From Lama guanicoe (lineage: Eukaryota): a stretch of DNA of 64,000 nt. Both the position numbers and the translations under genes were made by a program. Positions 12,640 through 25,800 of this stretch are shown here, piece by piece. Under the pieces are notes generated by a model. It did not search any database, was not told the origin of the DNA, and worked only from the letters and a program-made list of their open reading frames with translations. Each line of letters starts with the position of its first letter. The first letter of the stretch is position 1. The stretch spans positions 1,908,507 to 1,972,506 of the forward strand of contig MU053376.1 of assembly GCA_013239625.1 (NCBI GenBank), given 5' to 3'.

Positions 12640-13830
12640 AACAAATATTTGTTGAACACTTTTAAGGTATTACTTTAGACTCGAGAAAGATCCAAAGAAG
12701 TAGTAGTAGTGGTTCTTTCCCACAGGACTTTATATGATCTAGGCAGGGATAAATTATGCTTGAACATAATAACACAGATCTTCAGGGTAAGGTAATGTGT
12801 GGCGAGTACCAAGTGTGTGCTACAGAAGAAGTGATGACCTGTTGGTGTGTCAGGAAACTTTGAGGGAGGAAATGGGCATTTTGAACCAGACCTTGAAGAA
12901 AATGGATAGGATTTTCATAGATGGAGAGAGAGGGAGGGGGAGGATGTTGTAGCCAGGAGGAAAGTCCAAAGCAGTTTTGGGGCTCAGTGAGTAGACTGGT
13001 TTGGTTGGGGTGATGAGTGTACATGGAAGAACTGGACAAAGGTAGATGGGACCATAACATGGAGAGCCTTGTCTCTTGACTGAGAGATTTCACTGTGTAC
13101 AGTAGACACTGGAAACTGCTGAACGTTTGAACAGCTAGATGTCCAAGCTGAGATACGGACCCCACTTAAGGAAGATTAACCTTAACCTTAATGGTGGCAG
13201 TTTGCTAAAAGATACGGGACTTGAGATGGTAAAAGCAGTTGCCACTGGAGGTAATAAGGATCTAAATTAGGATGGGATGATAGGAATGAAAAGAATAGAA
13301 AACTGACCCTTCAGTCCATTTAGCAAGTATGTATTGTGCTCTTACCACGTGCCAGATACATGCCAGGCCAACAGATACTGCCCCCTCCACTCCTGGAGCT
13401 TACAGTCTAGAGACAGATGGAAAACACCTGGTGCAGGAAGAATCTACGGGAATTGCTGACTGATGGGATTCGGGTTTCAAGTGATCTTAGAAGCACAAAA
13501 AAGAGAGGGCTGTGGAGTTTCTTCTGGACTTGTGTGACTGGGAGATTGATGGTGCCTTTAATAGAAATACCAAAGTTAGGAGAAGGAGCTGTTTTTGAAG
13601 GGCTGGAATATGAGGAATTCAGTTTTGGGGTGTTAAGTTTAAGATATTGGAAGAATATTGAAGCTGACATTTCTGTAACTGACAGAAAATGAATGGCTGT
13701 ATTCAAGGCTAAGGATCTGGACTGTATTCAGAGCTAACGTATGGGTTGTTGGTAGAGATTTGGGCATATTCATAGAGAGATGATGGCTGAGGCTGTAGAA
13801 ATGTTTGATTTCCAACAGTAAGGGTTTAGG
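12640..13830 (-). mobile_element. L2 fragments
   Basis: caacaaatatttgttgaacact...ttgaaccagaccttgaagaa...gatggtgcctttaatagaaata...gagatttgggcat. Confidence 0.65.
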
Positions 13831-14889
13831 AGTGTTAAAAAAAAAAGGGAAACATTCTTTGTATTGTCTGTGGTACTCAGATTGCGGCGAGGGAAAAGGG
13901 TTTTAAAAGATGTATTTATTTGTGCATTCATTCAGTACACATTTGGGGAACCTAATTATGTACAGATACTGAGCTAGGTACTGGGGATTGGAACAAGACA
14001 ATATCCTATTCTCACTAACATTAAATTAGCAGTATATTAAGGAAATACACATGGAAAGTAAATCTGTTTATTTGGCTGGCTACAAGTGTGTAACTATTGG
14101 AAGGGATGTGAGGGAGCAGGACTTAGGTATCTCAAGAATCTGGTAGACATTCAACCTGCAGTACTCCTTTCAGTGGGAGGTTAAGTACACAATTAATTAA
14201 AGTGAAATTCTTGCAGCGTCCACATTCTTGGCCTTGGGCCCCATATTTGAATGTGTACTGTGTCTGCAGGTACGACACCTATCGTCAATGGATTTCTCCT
14301 CTGGAATTGAATTCAGAGTTGTTCATCAGCCTCACAGGTTAGCACTGGGTTCAAAAATAGTCATTTGGCCATGGAGAATATTATAGCTGTGATTGCAAAT
14401 CTGAAAAGGGTGGAGGACCAGAAAGTTCCTCTTTGAGCCTGGGGTGACTTTGAGGAGACAAGTAGGAGGAAGCAAGAAGCTTCCAGGAGGAAGAACTCCT
14501 TACTTCCTGGGACCAGTGTGCCACTCACTGATTTTGGACATATGTGGGAGCTCTTTGTTCCTTCAGGGAAGGTGTTGCCCAGAATTAGCATCTGGTGTTG
14601 AGCAAGGATTGACTTCCCTTTGCCATGGCTCAAGCTGCCTTTATTTAGAAACTAACCAGGGTCCCTTGGTGGGATTTTCCTTGGCCTGGTCTATATAGAA
14701 GATTAGGTGGCGGTTGGGTCCTTTTTGGAAGAGTTGAGAGGTCTCCTCACACAAGAATAAAACAGGATAGAAGAGGCACAAGGCAGTTTGAGGGGGTCAG
14801 TGAGACAGAGTGGTGGCCAGTGTTTTGAACAGAGGAAGAATTCATTTGAAAGCTCTTTGGGAGGCTTTATGACTTAGCAGGAAAAGCTG

Positions 14890-15360
14890 AGAGCTTTAAT
14901 CCAGACAAGTTTAGTTCTTCCACACATAGCTGTGTGACCTTGACCAAGTCACTTAACCCCTTTTCACTTCAGTTTTCTCATCCTTCAAATGTGGAGAGTA
15001 ATGCGTACCTTGAAGAGTTGTTCTAAAGATATATGTAAAGCACTCGCCTAGTCCCTGTAACTTACTAGATGCCCCCCAAAATGGTAGCTGGTGTAATTAT
15101 CATCACCCCAGAAGGAATACAGCATGATTGTTAAGATCACAGGTTCTGGAACCAGCTTTCCTGGGTTTGTAATCCTGGATCTTCTACTTAAAAGCCATGC
15201 GATTTTAAATGAAGATTCTTCGTTGCTTTAGTTCCTCCTCTGTAAATTGCGGCTGGTAATGGTCTCCACCTCATGGAGTGGTTAGGCTGATTAAATGAAT
15301 TAATACATGTGAAGCCCTTAGGACAGTGCTTGACCCATAGTAAATGTACATAGCAGGGTT
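14890..15360 (+). mobile_element. Two adjacent MIR SINEs
   Basis: Cores tagctgtgtgaccttgaccaagtcacttaac at about 14927 and ctgtaaattg...gattaaatgaattaatacatgtgaagcccttagg at about 15240-15330. Confidence 0.75.
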
Positions 15361-18300
15361 AATTCTCCTTGTCCTTGGGAGTTGGGACCAGACGTAGCTA
15401 TGGTAGGTAAAACCCTAGTAGATTAGATTCGCTGTTTACTCCCTGTGCAGAGCTAAGCATTCTTAAGCCTGGCCCTAGGTATCATGTCAGTCTTCATTTA
15501 CTTCAGTGACCCCCATGGGCCCTGGCGAATGACAGACTCTTCCTGCCTCCTGATTTTTATGATACAGATGCACTGGGCAGGAACTATGTAATTACGTGAC
15601 TCATTATATAATTGTATGGCCAGGTCCTATAAAAACCCAGCAATTGTATGTTTTGTCCTTTAAGGTGTCTTGTTGACAAGGTGTCCTGAACTCCCTTGAA
15701 CCAGGTAGTTAGCCCTGGCATGTTATTTTTAGATTCAGGCTCATAATCATCAAAAGGAGGATGTTTGTCACCCTCTGATGTCCTTGTCCTCGTGGAGTTC
15801 AGAGCGAGCACTAATTTCCAAATCATTAAATGTGAGCATTGAGGTCTGCAGGTCCAACTGTACCGCCAGGTGAATAAAAGAAGGCCAGTCCTGTTCAGCC
15901 TCCCTCAGGGGCCACCATCAAGACCAGCAGGCCAGGGCAGTGCAAACCCATAGCAGACTGTGGTTTGCAGGGTTGTTTGTCTCATGAGGCCAAACAGAAG
16001 CTCCCAAGCTTCTGCATAAATGGCTTCCGATCATCCTTTTAGGGCAGGGAATGGTGAGGGCAGGTCGGGGCAAAACATGCTTTTATGCACAGTTGGGAAG
16101 ATGTTGGAGGCTGGGGGCGTCCTGTGTCTCACAGGCTCTGCCGTTGGAATGGCAGCAGGACACACCTCAGGCTTCCAGCTCACCGGAGCTCAGACTCTGA
16201 TAATCATGTCCCTTAACAACAGCGCTGGCTGGGCACAGGGAGCTTTTTGTATTCATTTTCTCTGCTCTTGTAAGCCCCATAATAATTCTGTAGTAGACAC
16301 AGGAAGCAATGTGCCACAGATTCACAGGATCTTTAATTCTCAGAAATTCATAGCCAATTAAATGAACTGACTTTGATCCAGTTCTCTTTTAAAGGCAAAA
16401 GCCATGTCATCTTTATTGGGAGCTGACTGTGTTAAGTGGAAGGGTTTACAAGATAAGAAGGAAAGACCGTCTCTGCCATAAGGACTCTCATAATTGAAAT
16501 GGGGGAAAATCAGACAGGCTGGGAGAGAATAATAAGCACACATGTGCGCATGGGCACATGTATCTAAAAATAGGACCTCATGCAAAGTGGGTTCCCGCAG
16601 TCACCAGGAAGGGAGGGAAGGCGGAGGGCTCAGGAGGCACGCGTGCTCGGCTCAGCCAGGGAGAGGTAAAGGATAGCAGTTATGTTCTCAATTAGATTTG
16701 GTCCCAAGTTAATTGAAGTAAAGACTTTAATATCTGATTTCTGTGCTGCGCTGAAGTCTCACACTGTGAAGAGAAACAGAGTCATATGGGAAGAGCTCAG
16801 TATTAATGAAGGATTTAGGGAGAATGAGAAAAAAGTAGGGCTTGGGTTTTTCAGAGTTCAGATCCTTTCTGCTTATCTCCTGCCCGTTATACACCCTCAC
16901 CGATCATTGGATTGTGGCCCCTCGGGTTTTCATTCAGGGAGGATCAATGTATGTAGCTTTGTTTGTTTGTTTGCTTTAACATATTTTGGGTCTAGCTGGT
17001 TAAGGAACCAGGATTAGAAAATGAATCAAACAAACTAGGATTACCTTCAACGGGAGGATGCTGAGCTGTGTTTGCCGATTTCTGCTTAAGCAGTTAGGAC
17101 AGGGNNNNNNNNNNNNNNNNNNNNNNNNNNNNNNNNNNNNNNNNNNNNNNNNNNNNNNNNNNNNNNNNNNNNNNNNNNNNNNNNNNNNNNNNNNNNNNNN
17201 NNNNNNNNNNNNNNNNNNNNNNNNNNNNNNNNNNNNGGGTAGGGGTTTCTGTTGATGCTTGAAATTCTTTGAATTTATAGGCAGCATCTCGAGGATTTAG
17301 CAAAAGGAGGAAGTTGTCCAGAATTGATGCTGCAGCGTACAGGTGGAAATGATGCCTCGAACACTTCCTGTGGAAGACAAAGCACAGGCATTGAGTGGAC
17401 TCTGAATAGAGAGCAAATAAACCCAGGAAGGCAGGCACAATGAAGAAAGGTTCAGCTTCTTAGGTTTATTGACTTCCTGCCCTCCTCCCACTCCCCCTTT
17501 TTATACACGGACTGGATTTGTCAGCCACCTGCCCGCTTCTGTTTTCTCTGGTCCTGAATGGAAATGTGTGCCCTTCCCTACCACCGAGTCCTACATATAC
17601 ACGCCTGCACACACTCAGGCAGGCGTGCTGCCAAGTCTCTTCCGTTAGCACCTCCTGAAGCCATTCAGGTGCTTATAATATATGGATTAAATGCTATTGT
17701 TAGGGGCTTTGTCTTGGATGCTAACCTTATTCTTGTACGTTCTCAGTGTTGGTTTTGCCAGGTCTTCATTACATCATTCATTGGAAATGAGTGGAGATAA
17801 TGTGGCTTGTAAAGAGTTCAGTGCTGTCTTTTTTTAAATCCCCACCCCACTCCCAGCCCCCAGATATACATACTGAGTTTCCAGACAGATGATGAATGAT
17901 TAGGAAACCTACTTAACAACATAGGTCAGGGAAGGCATATGGAGAAAAAAAATTATATATGTATATAATATTTATCTTTAGTAGGCTTTCTTGACTACTA
18001 AATTAAAAAGGCTTTAGAAAAGTTCTCACCTTTTAATCAAATGGAAAAAAATGATTTACCAAGTCTGGGCCTGGTTTTGAGCCATTTTAGCTAGAAAAAA
18101 AATGGCTTGAAAAATCTTTGAGAAGATTTTTCACTTATTTTTCTGGGGTCTAAAAACATTCTTGTGCTATTATTTCTTCTAAGTCCACTCCTGGCCCCTT
18201 TGTGAATTAGCATAGAAAGGTTTGGTGAACACCAGTCCTGGTATATGAGGTTTATTTATTCTTTCAGCAAACATTTATTCAGCACTTATGCTAGAACTGT

Positions 18301-18430
18301 TCTAGGAATTAAATAGGCACAGAAGAATAGCCAGTTATCATTTAATGTGAGATATTTTAAGGTGGTATATGTTGTGTGTGTGTTCTAACAAGGTATACAA
18401 GGTATAAAGTTCAAGATTAAGGAACCAGAG

Positions 18431-18556
18431 TTGTTTTTTTGGGGGGGTAAGTAATTAGGTTTATTTATTTATTTTTAGAGGAGATACCCGGGATTGAACT
18501 CAGGACCTTGTGCATGCTAAGCATACGCTCTACCATTTGAGCTACACCCTCCCCCC
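18431..18556 (-). mobile_element. vic-1-type tRNA-derived SINE (camelid)
   Basis: Reverse complement reads ggggagggtgtagctcaaatggtagagcgtatgcttagcatgcacaaggtcctgagttcaatcc..., with A and B boxes and a taaataaacctaattac tail. Degenerate TSD ggaaccagagtt/ggagccaggatt. Confidence 0.85.
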
Positions 18557-18819
18557 ATGGAGCCAGGATTATTGAGTGACCCTTTTAGTCATCTGTAATA
18601 TATGTGATTCGGTAATAGACAGTTGGTTTCATCTTCGTTATCAACAACCAGCAGGTTTCGGCAGGTGCTGGGCTCACAGAGATGTATAGGGCCCAGCCTC
18701 TGCCCTCAGAAGGCTCATCATTTCATGTGGAAGACAGAAGGTTTATGAAAATAGATGACACAAAGTACTGCCAAAGGAAAGATGAGAGAAATGATTTAAT
18801 TTTCATCCAGAATGGGATC

Positions 18820-20425
18820 TCTAAAAATTTTGGGGGACATCATTTTAGACTTGCAGAAAAATTGCAGAAATAGTACAGAGAATTTCTGTGTATCATTTAC
18901 CCAGATTGCCCCAAAACGTTAACATCTTAACATTTGCTTTATACTTCTCTTCCTTTCTCTCTTTCCATACACAACTCATGCACATACATATTTTGTTTTT
19001 CCATAACACTTGAGTGTAAGTTACAGACACGATGCCCCTTTAATCCTACGTACATCAATGTGTATTACTAAAAGTAAGGTTGTTCTCTGACCTAATGGCA
19101 GTATAGTTATCAAAATCAGGGTATACATATTGACACAATAATATTATATAATCCACAGACATTCAGATTTACCATTTTTTCCAAATATTTTCTTTCTGTC
19201 AAAAGAAAGTCCAGGATTATGCATTTCATTCAGTTGTCTTGTCTCTTTAGGTTTCAGGTCTTTCTTTGTATTTTGTGACACTGGCATTTTGGGGGAGCTT
19301 TCAGCCTAGCTATTTTGCAGAATGTTCCCTAATTTGATACTTTTGTTAATGTCTGGCATTTCTTGATTCGGGTTATGTACTCAGCAGAAATTCCATGGAA
19401 GTGATGTCATATTCTTCTCAGGGTATCGTATCAGGAGGCACTTGCATCCCATTACTGGTGATGTTAACTTTGGTTAAAGTGGTGTCCACCAGATTTCTGT
19501 ACCAAAAAGTTATTCTAAGTTATGGTTTGTAATTAGTGCATAGATTTTGGAGAGATACTTTGAGACCCTGTAAATATATTATTCTTCAAACCTTATACTC
19601 ACCAGTTTTAGCATCTATTGATGATTCTCGCTTGGATCAATTATTATTATGATAGTTACCAAATGGTAATTTTTCCAGTTGCCATCATTCCTTCTATGTT
19701 TATCAGTTGGGATTTTACTGTAAGGAAGAGCTTTCCATCTCCTCCTTGTATTTGTCTGGTGGTTTGTTTATTTATATCAGTGTGAACTCCGGGATTCTGA
19801 TTTTATTCAACAAGTTATCATCTGTTTCCATCTTGATTTATTTTAATGCTCATATTGTCCCAGATTTGGCTAGTGGAGTCCCTTTGGGCTGCTTCCTATG
19901 TCCTTTTGAGATGTCTCCATCATTCTTGGAGTACTTCTGATACTTTCTGGCACAACAAGATGTTCCAGGCACATCTTGTATTTTCCTTGCTTCCGCTCTG
20001 GAGCCATTTCTGCAAGGAGCCCTGGTTTCTTTTAGTGAGGAATGGTATTTAGAAACCACGGGTGCTAGGTATGTTCTGTTACTAGAGTACCATTGTTTAT
20101 CGCCCCCTCAGCCGCCGAGGTAGTAAATAGCATAGGTATGCACACACACATGTACCCACATACTTCTATATCTTGTTATCTATATTAAAGCCTATGAGTT
20201 CACATCAGTATCTTCAATTCCAATCAGACACTACGTGTTTTATTCTGTTTTCTCCCCTTTCCATGTTTGTAACTCTGTTCTCTGAACAGTGAGAAACCTG
20301 GTCCCCATTACCCATAATCTATTTATTTAATTGCTCATTCCTAGGGTGTGCACAAAGTAGTTTCAGAATTGCTAACCCCTACCTCTGAAAAAGGCATGAC
20401 GACTACTAACTAGATTTCAATGCTG
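18820..20425 (-). mobile_element. Old L1 (L1MC-like) 3' region
   Basis: ttttagacttgcagaaaaattgcagaaatagtacagag...gatgttaactttg...gagatactttgagac...cccagatttggctagtgg, typical L1MC4/5 3'UTR motifs. Confidence 0.8.
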
Positions 20426-20436
20426 TTTTGAAGTTC

Positions 20437-20470
20437 TTTGTTTGTTTGTTTGTTTGTTTTGTTTTTGTTT
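20437..20470. repeat. (TTTG)n simple repeat
   Basis: Read directly from the sequence. Confidence 0.85.
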
Positions 20471-21449
20471 GCTTTTAGCCTTGAGGACCAAAACACAGTG
20501 TTCAAAAGGCCAGACAAAGCATACAGGGAGGACCATGCTGTGGACATTTGCCCCCTTTCCATTTCCCTGCCATGTCTCTGGGAAAGGCACCTTATGGAAG
20601 GGGACCCATGGCACTTTCTCCTAAGACCGTTTCTCTCCCATTCTCCCTGCCCTTCTCCATGGTCACCTCCCTTGCATTTAGGGAACCAAGAATCTAGCTT
20701 TCATCCGACTTCTAGGTGATGACTGTGAAGACTCTTTACCAGTAGCTCATGTAATGTGCCCGATGTAGGACCTTTGGATCATCTTGATCTGGTCCCTCAG
20801 AGGTGAAGCCTCAGGGCACTGCTCGTTGGCATCTGAACTTGCAGTATTTCCAGCACCATTTGCTCGCTCCCAGTTACGATGATCGTGCTGCTTCTCCTTG
20901 GCTTTCTCCACTCAGTTGCTTTGGCCTCTCTAATAGCTCATTTGCATCAGTTCTGACCTGGACATTTTCTCCTCTCTGTCTGGGGATGGCTTCCAGATTC
21001 CCCTTCCTCTGCCTATTTAACCCTCTTCTTCGTCTTCCACACTCATTTTATTTCTCTCCTTCCTCCAGACACATTTAACATGGTCAGTGCTGCTGATTCC
21101 AGCTGTTCTGAATCTTGCCTACAGCTTAAGTTCAAAAACAGATGGACCCAAAGCATCCTAGGTGCTGTGCCAATATCCACCACATGAAAACAGATTACTG
21201 AAAAGCATCAGGGAATTTTAGAATAGTTTTGAGGTTTGACTCTCTGTGTTCTCAGTGGTCCTCCCTGCCCGCTCCTCCATCTCCCCCTGCCCCCTCTCCA
21301 CCTCCACCTTGCCACCTTTTCCTCTCTTCTTTGTATGCCTCATTTGGCAAGGGCTGGTTTCTAAAACCTTAGCTCCCATTTTTATCCTCTTTACATGTGG
21401 ATAGGTTTACCCTTTGGGATGAGACTGTGTTGAAAGCCTAGATCATTAC

Positions 21450-21686
21450 TTTTTCTTTTTCTTTTTTAACATTTTTTTTTAATTGAAGTGTAATCAGTTG
21501 ACTTTCAATGTTGTATTAGTTTCTGGTGTACAGCATAGTGATTCAGTTATACATATATATATATATTCTTTTTCATTACAGGTGACTACAAGCCATTGAC
21601 TATAGTTCCCTGTGCTGTACAGTAGGACCTTGTTGTTTATCTCAAACTCTCGATTTATCCCTCCCTTCCCTCTTTTCTCCCCTGAC
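21450..21686 (-). mobile_element. Short L1 3' UTR fragment, same family as 3418-4250
   Basis: T-tail, then attgaagtg...gtacagcatagtgattcag...tatagttccctgtgctgtacagtagg. Confidence 0.85.
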
Positions 21687-22589
21687 AAGGCTGGGTGGTT
21701 GCTCTTTTTGAATCATCCATCCAAGGGCTAAGGAATTTCTATCCTTTCGGTCAAGTAGAGAAAGTGAAGCTGGGTCTCTGTGTCTTTAAATGTGGGCACA
21801 TTAACAGGTCAGAGAAGTCACTAACTGGGGAATGAAGTGTATGTTCCTCTAGTGACTTTATCAATAGAGGTGCAAAAAGGTGTCAGTCCCACAGGCTGCC
21901 CCTGGGTCCTCTAGACAGGGAGTGTGTTCCTTAGGCAACAGTGACATTGTGCCCACACCATCAACTTTCAGAGTCCTCATTCTTGGAGTTCGCTGTCAGC
22001 TTTCTCCCAGTAATCTGTAGAACCTGGTTCAACTTCAGCATTTCTGGTCACCCTGCACATAAGAGGAAGAGAATCAACACGATGGGGCCACCTATCTTGC
22101 AGGTGCATCTTGCAGATACTGGCAGTCATTTTCAGAGCATCAGGAGAAGGTTGTTGGCACAGTCCAGCAGTTGTCAGGTGCCTACACTGACCAGAGTACT
22201 AGACGCTGTAGGAACTGTCCTCAAGAGAAGTCCTCAGGGGATGGGCTTTCCGAAGTTCAAGGACCCTCCCACTCACGCAAATTAAGATGTATATTTATAT
22301 ATCATCCTCCTTTCTTCTTCCCTCTTCCTTCCTCCCCTCTCTCCCTTCTTGGAGGTGAACACTTAGAAGAGAATCCTCCGATTCTCAAAAGTGTCCGGGC
22401 TATGTAATCACTCCCTAAAATATTTTATATTGCAAACTGGAATACATACACAGACATACGTATACTTTAAAATAAATAACTGAGAACAACACTTTTGCAA
22501 AATAATACCTATAGATCTTTGCTCTATTGATGCACTCTGATATTTTCTTCTGTGTTCTGTGTTATTCTGTTCCACCGTTTTCTGTTTCA

Positions 22590-22880
22590 TTTTTTGAGAA
22601 ATGCTAGCTGATGACCTGCTAGGTTGACTTTTTTTTTAACCCCACTAGTGTGTTGTATCCCACAGTTTGAAAGAACATTGCTTTAAGGGCATTGGTTCTT
22701 ACATTTTTGATGTGCATAAAATTATGTGGGATGCAGAGTCCTGAGCATCACTCTACTCCTAGGGAATCAGAATCTCTGGCAAGAGGGGCACAGGAATCCA
22801 GATTTTAAAACAGGCACTACAGGTGACTCAGATGCAAGGTGATTGGGGGTCCTGAACACTCACACTTAGAGGAAGTACTC
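22590..22880. mobile_element. hAT-Charlie/MER5-like DNA transposon fragments
   Basis: cccacagtttgaaagaacattg terminus followed by cattggttctt...gaatcagaatctctgg...caggtgactcagatgca. Confidence 0.6.
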
Positions 22881-25800
22881 TCTCTTACGGGCTTAGGAGC
22901 TTGGCCTCTTGAGGCTTCAGATCACACATTTGGTTGGAGATGGTAGATATCAGTGGGTGTCCTCTGAATCCAGATGGAGAATCTTACCATGGGTGAGCCA
23001 CCCCAGCCACCCACGCCCACTCCTGGGTCTTGCTGTCCTTCGATGGCCCTCTTTTTCTAATATCTGTTACGGCCCTTGTGAAGGCACAGAAGGAGTTAAT
23101 GGAGACCACGGAAGAGAGAGCGCAGGAACTGAAGTGTCATTTTACAGAGTGGCTAGGGTGTGGCCCAGCCCTCCAGTAGATGCCCAGAGCCAGTCCCAAA
23201 TTAGAATGGGGTGGGATTCAAAACTGCTTTTCCTATTCACTCGCCTTTCATGTGTAACCACATGCAGCGTGTCAACATGCTTGCCGGCGCCGTCAGGCAC
23301 CAGCAGTTTTGCTCCCTCTGGGTTCATGGACCCTTGGTATTCCTGTTATGTGCTCCGTAGTCCTGTTAGAATAGCTCTGTGCTCTGAGGCTTAGGCAGCT
23401 GAATATTGTCCATTAACTCTTTCAGCACCAGTGCTTTATAGATGCTCAGGGCATTTTACTTGAAGTAGAGCAACAACCACAATAAAATAAGAAAATGAGT
23501 GCTAGTCAGGAGACCTGGGTCCTTGCCTTGCTCTGCCACTATCTATGTGACCCCTGGCTCCCTGAGCCTCAATTACCTCACTTAAAAATGACAAGTTTGG
23601 TCTAGGCTCTAGATCATCTTGAAAGTCCCTTCTAGCTCTGAAGTACCATGATTCTATTTTTGATACCCTCTGGCCCTTCTCTTTGCACTTTAAAAGTCTT
23701 CCCTTTCAAGCCTCTTCCCAGGTATTTTCCCCACAGGAGATTCACTGAGGTTGGGACTTTGCAGAGAACCAGATAAGTTAGTAGCAACGAAGTGTATTGT
23801 ATTTAGTGTACTGACGAAGAACGAAATTTATAAAGCAAGTTCATTGCAAAGTTGGGTATGAAGGCCTGGGAATTTGGGGACATATTTGTCTACCTTGTTT
23901 TGTGGGTGTAAATACACTGTATGGACTGTCAAGTAATAACAGTAGTTATAACAATAATAACACACGATGACGCTACTGATTTGTAGGTGTGGAACACTTG
24001 AGTGTTTGTGACTTTTTATTATGGACATCGCCTTGTTGGACTTGATCTTCCTAATAGCTGTGTGAATTAGGCAGGGCAGATCTGCTGTCCTCATTTTTTT
24101 TTTTAAACAGATGAAGAAGTGTTGAAGTGCATCTGACTTACCCAAGGTTACCTGGCTAGCAAGTAGCAGAATTTAGACTGTAGGTCGTAAGCAAGGTTCA
24201 CGGTGCTTTATACCATCTTGCTGGGATGGGGTATCCTTGTTCATCCAGATTCCTTGCAGACCTGTAGAATTCAGTAATCTATTAACCTGGAAATTGAGCA
24301 GGTCATCTTTATTCCACTCAACCCTTTAAAATTTTGCCAGCAAAGTAGCAGCATGGTTAGTAATATTCTGTAATTTTGAGCACACAAGCCAATGGGTGTA
24401 CAAATTCAGTCACTCATCAGCCACCCAGATTCATGATTAGGCAAGATTGATGGAGGCTGAAGATATTAACTATTCCTTAAGTGAATTATCTTACTGTGCT
24501 CAACACTTACAGGATTTCTGTGGCTGTGACATCTGTTATTAGTCAATGTTGATTAACTGCCCACCCATTCTTGGTGATAGATGTTCACTGAATATCCCAA
24601 CCTATCCCCTGACCTCAAGAGACTTCCTTCCAGGAAGACAAGATAGATACCAAAATGACACACGAGAACTGATGGTGATGCATGCAGCTGATCTGATGAC
24701 TATTTACACTTCGTTCCAAGTAGCTCTGTGGTTTCACAGGACCAAATCATATTAATTTATTCCTCCTTTCTCATTGTTATCATGAGCCATGTATGGAAAC
24801 ACATTGTCCTGTTAACAGGTATTCCGGAGGGGGGGTCTGAATCTTAGGGATACCCTTTCTTCCCAAGCAGCTTGTCGGTACTCGACATGCTTAAGGACCA
24901 TTTGCCAGGCGGGAGGAGTTCTTGGCTGTATATCAAGCTTCTCTGTGCCTGGTGCCAGAGAGATGTTCGCTCCCAAGGTAGTGGTTACTGCTTTGAAAAT
25001 AAGTGTGTGGATTTCTGAGTGACGTCATTTCAGTTTGGCACAGACAGGTATTTATTTTTCTCGAATGAACTACCAGGAATGAGCCAGACTGTCTGTCTCG
25101 GTCATCTCCCAAGATTTCATTCATTTAAAAAAATCTGCTAACACATCTGCGTGTATTTTTTTTTTCTCTGTATGTTTGTCATGTGCTGTAATTACTTATG
25201 GAGTTTCTAGTGACATCTTAATTAACTAAAGAAGAAAAAACTGAAGATATAATTGTAGAGTTGTATGCAGGTTATTCTATGGAATATGTGGATCCAACTG
25301 TTAACATTAGATGGTTATAAAATCTGTTTAAACTGAGGAATGTATATTACTTTTTTGTTCCTTGGTCATCAGTCATAACTTTGTTAGTCTTTTGCTCTTG
25401 CTATGATATTTTATTTTAATTAAGTGAATTAGTTAGTTCAGACCTTTGTTTGATACGATCACAGCCTATTTGGGGGGGCTGGCAGGGGGTAATTTTAATA
25501 CATAAGTAAATTTCTAAGCTCTTAGTTCTGTGGCTCATATTGGGATGGAGTGTCAAGTGTTTGTTCTCCAGTATTTAGATTGTACCCAGAGTGCACAAAG
25601 AGGGTTTAGTAACCTCTGTGTTTATACCTCCCTTTAGTTCTGAGAGTGCTAGTGGCAAGACACAGGGTGTAAATGAAGGGAAGGACTCAGGTCTGCAGAA
25701 GCTATCAGCAGATCTTCTAAGCCAGCCAAATCAGGATTTTACAATTGGTCAGCCAAGCCAGTGTACACCCAAGCATTAAGACCAGGATAAGATGTGTGGC

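Noticed and set aside
22909-23394. 161-aa ORF
   Set aside because: No recognisable homology; the length is compatible with chance in intronic DNA.
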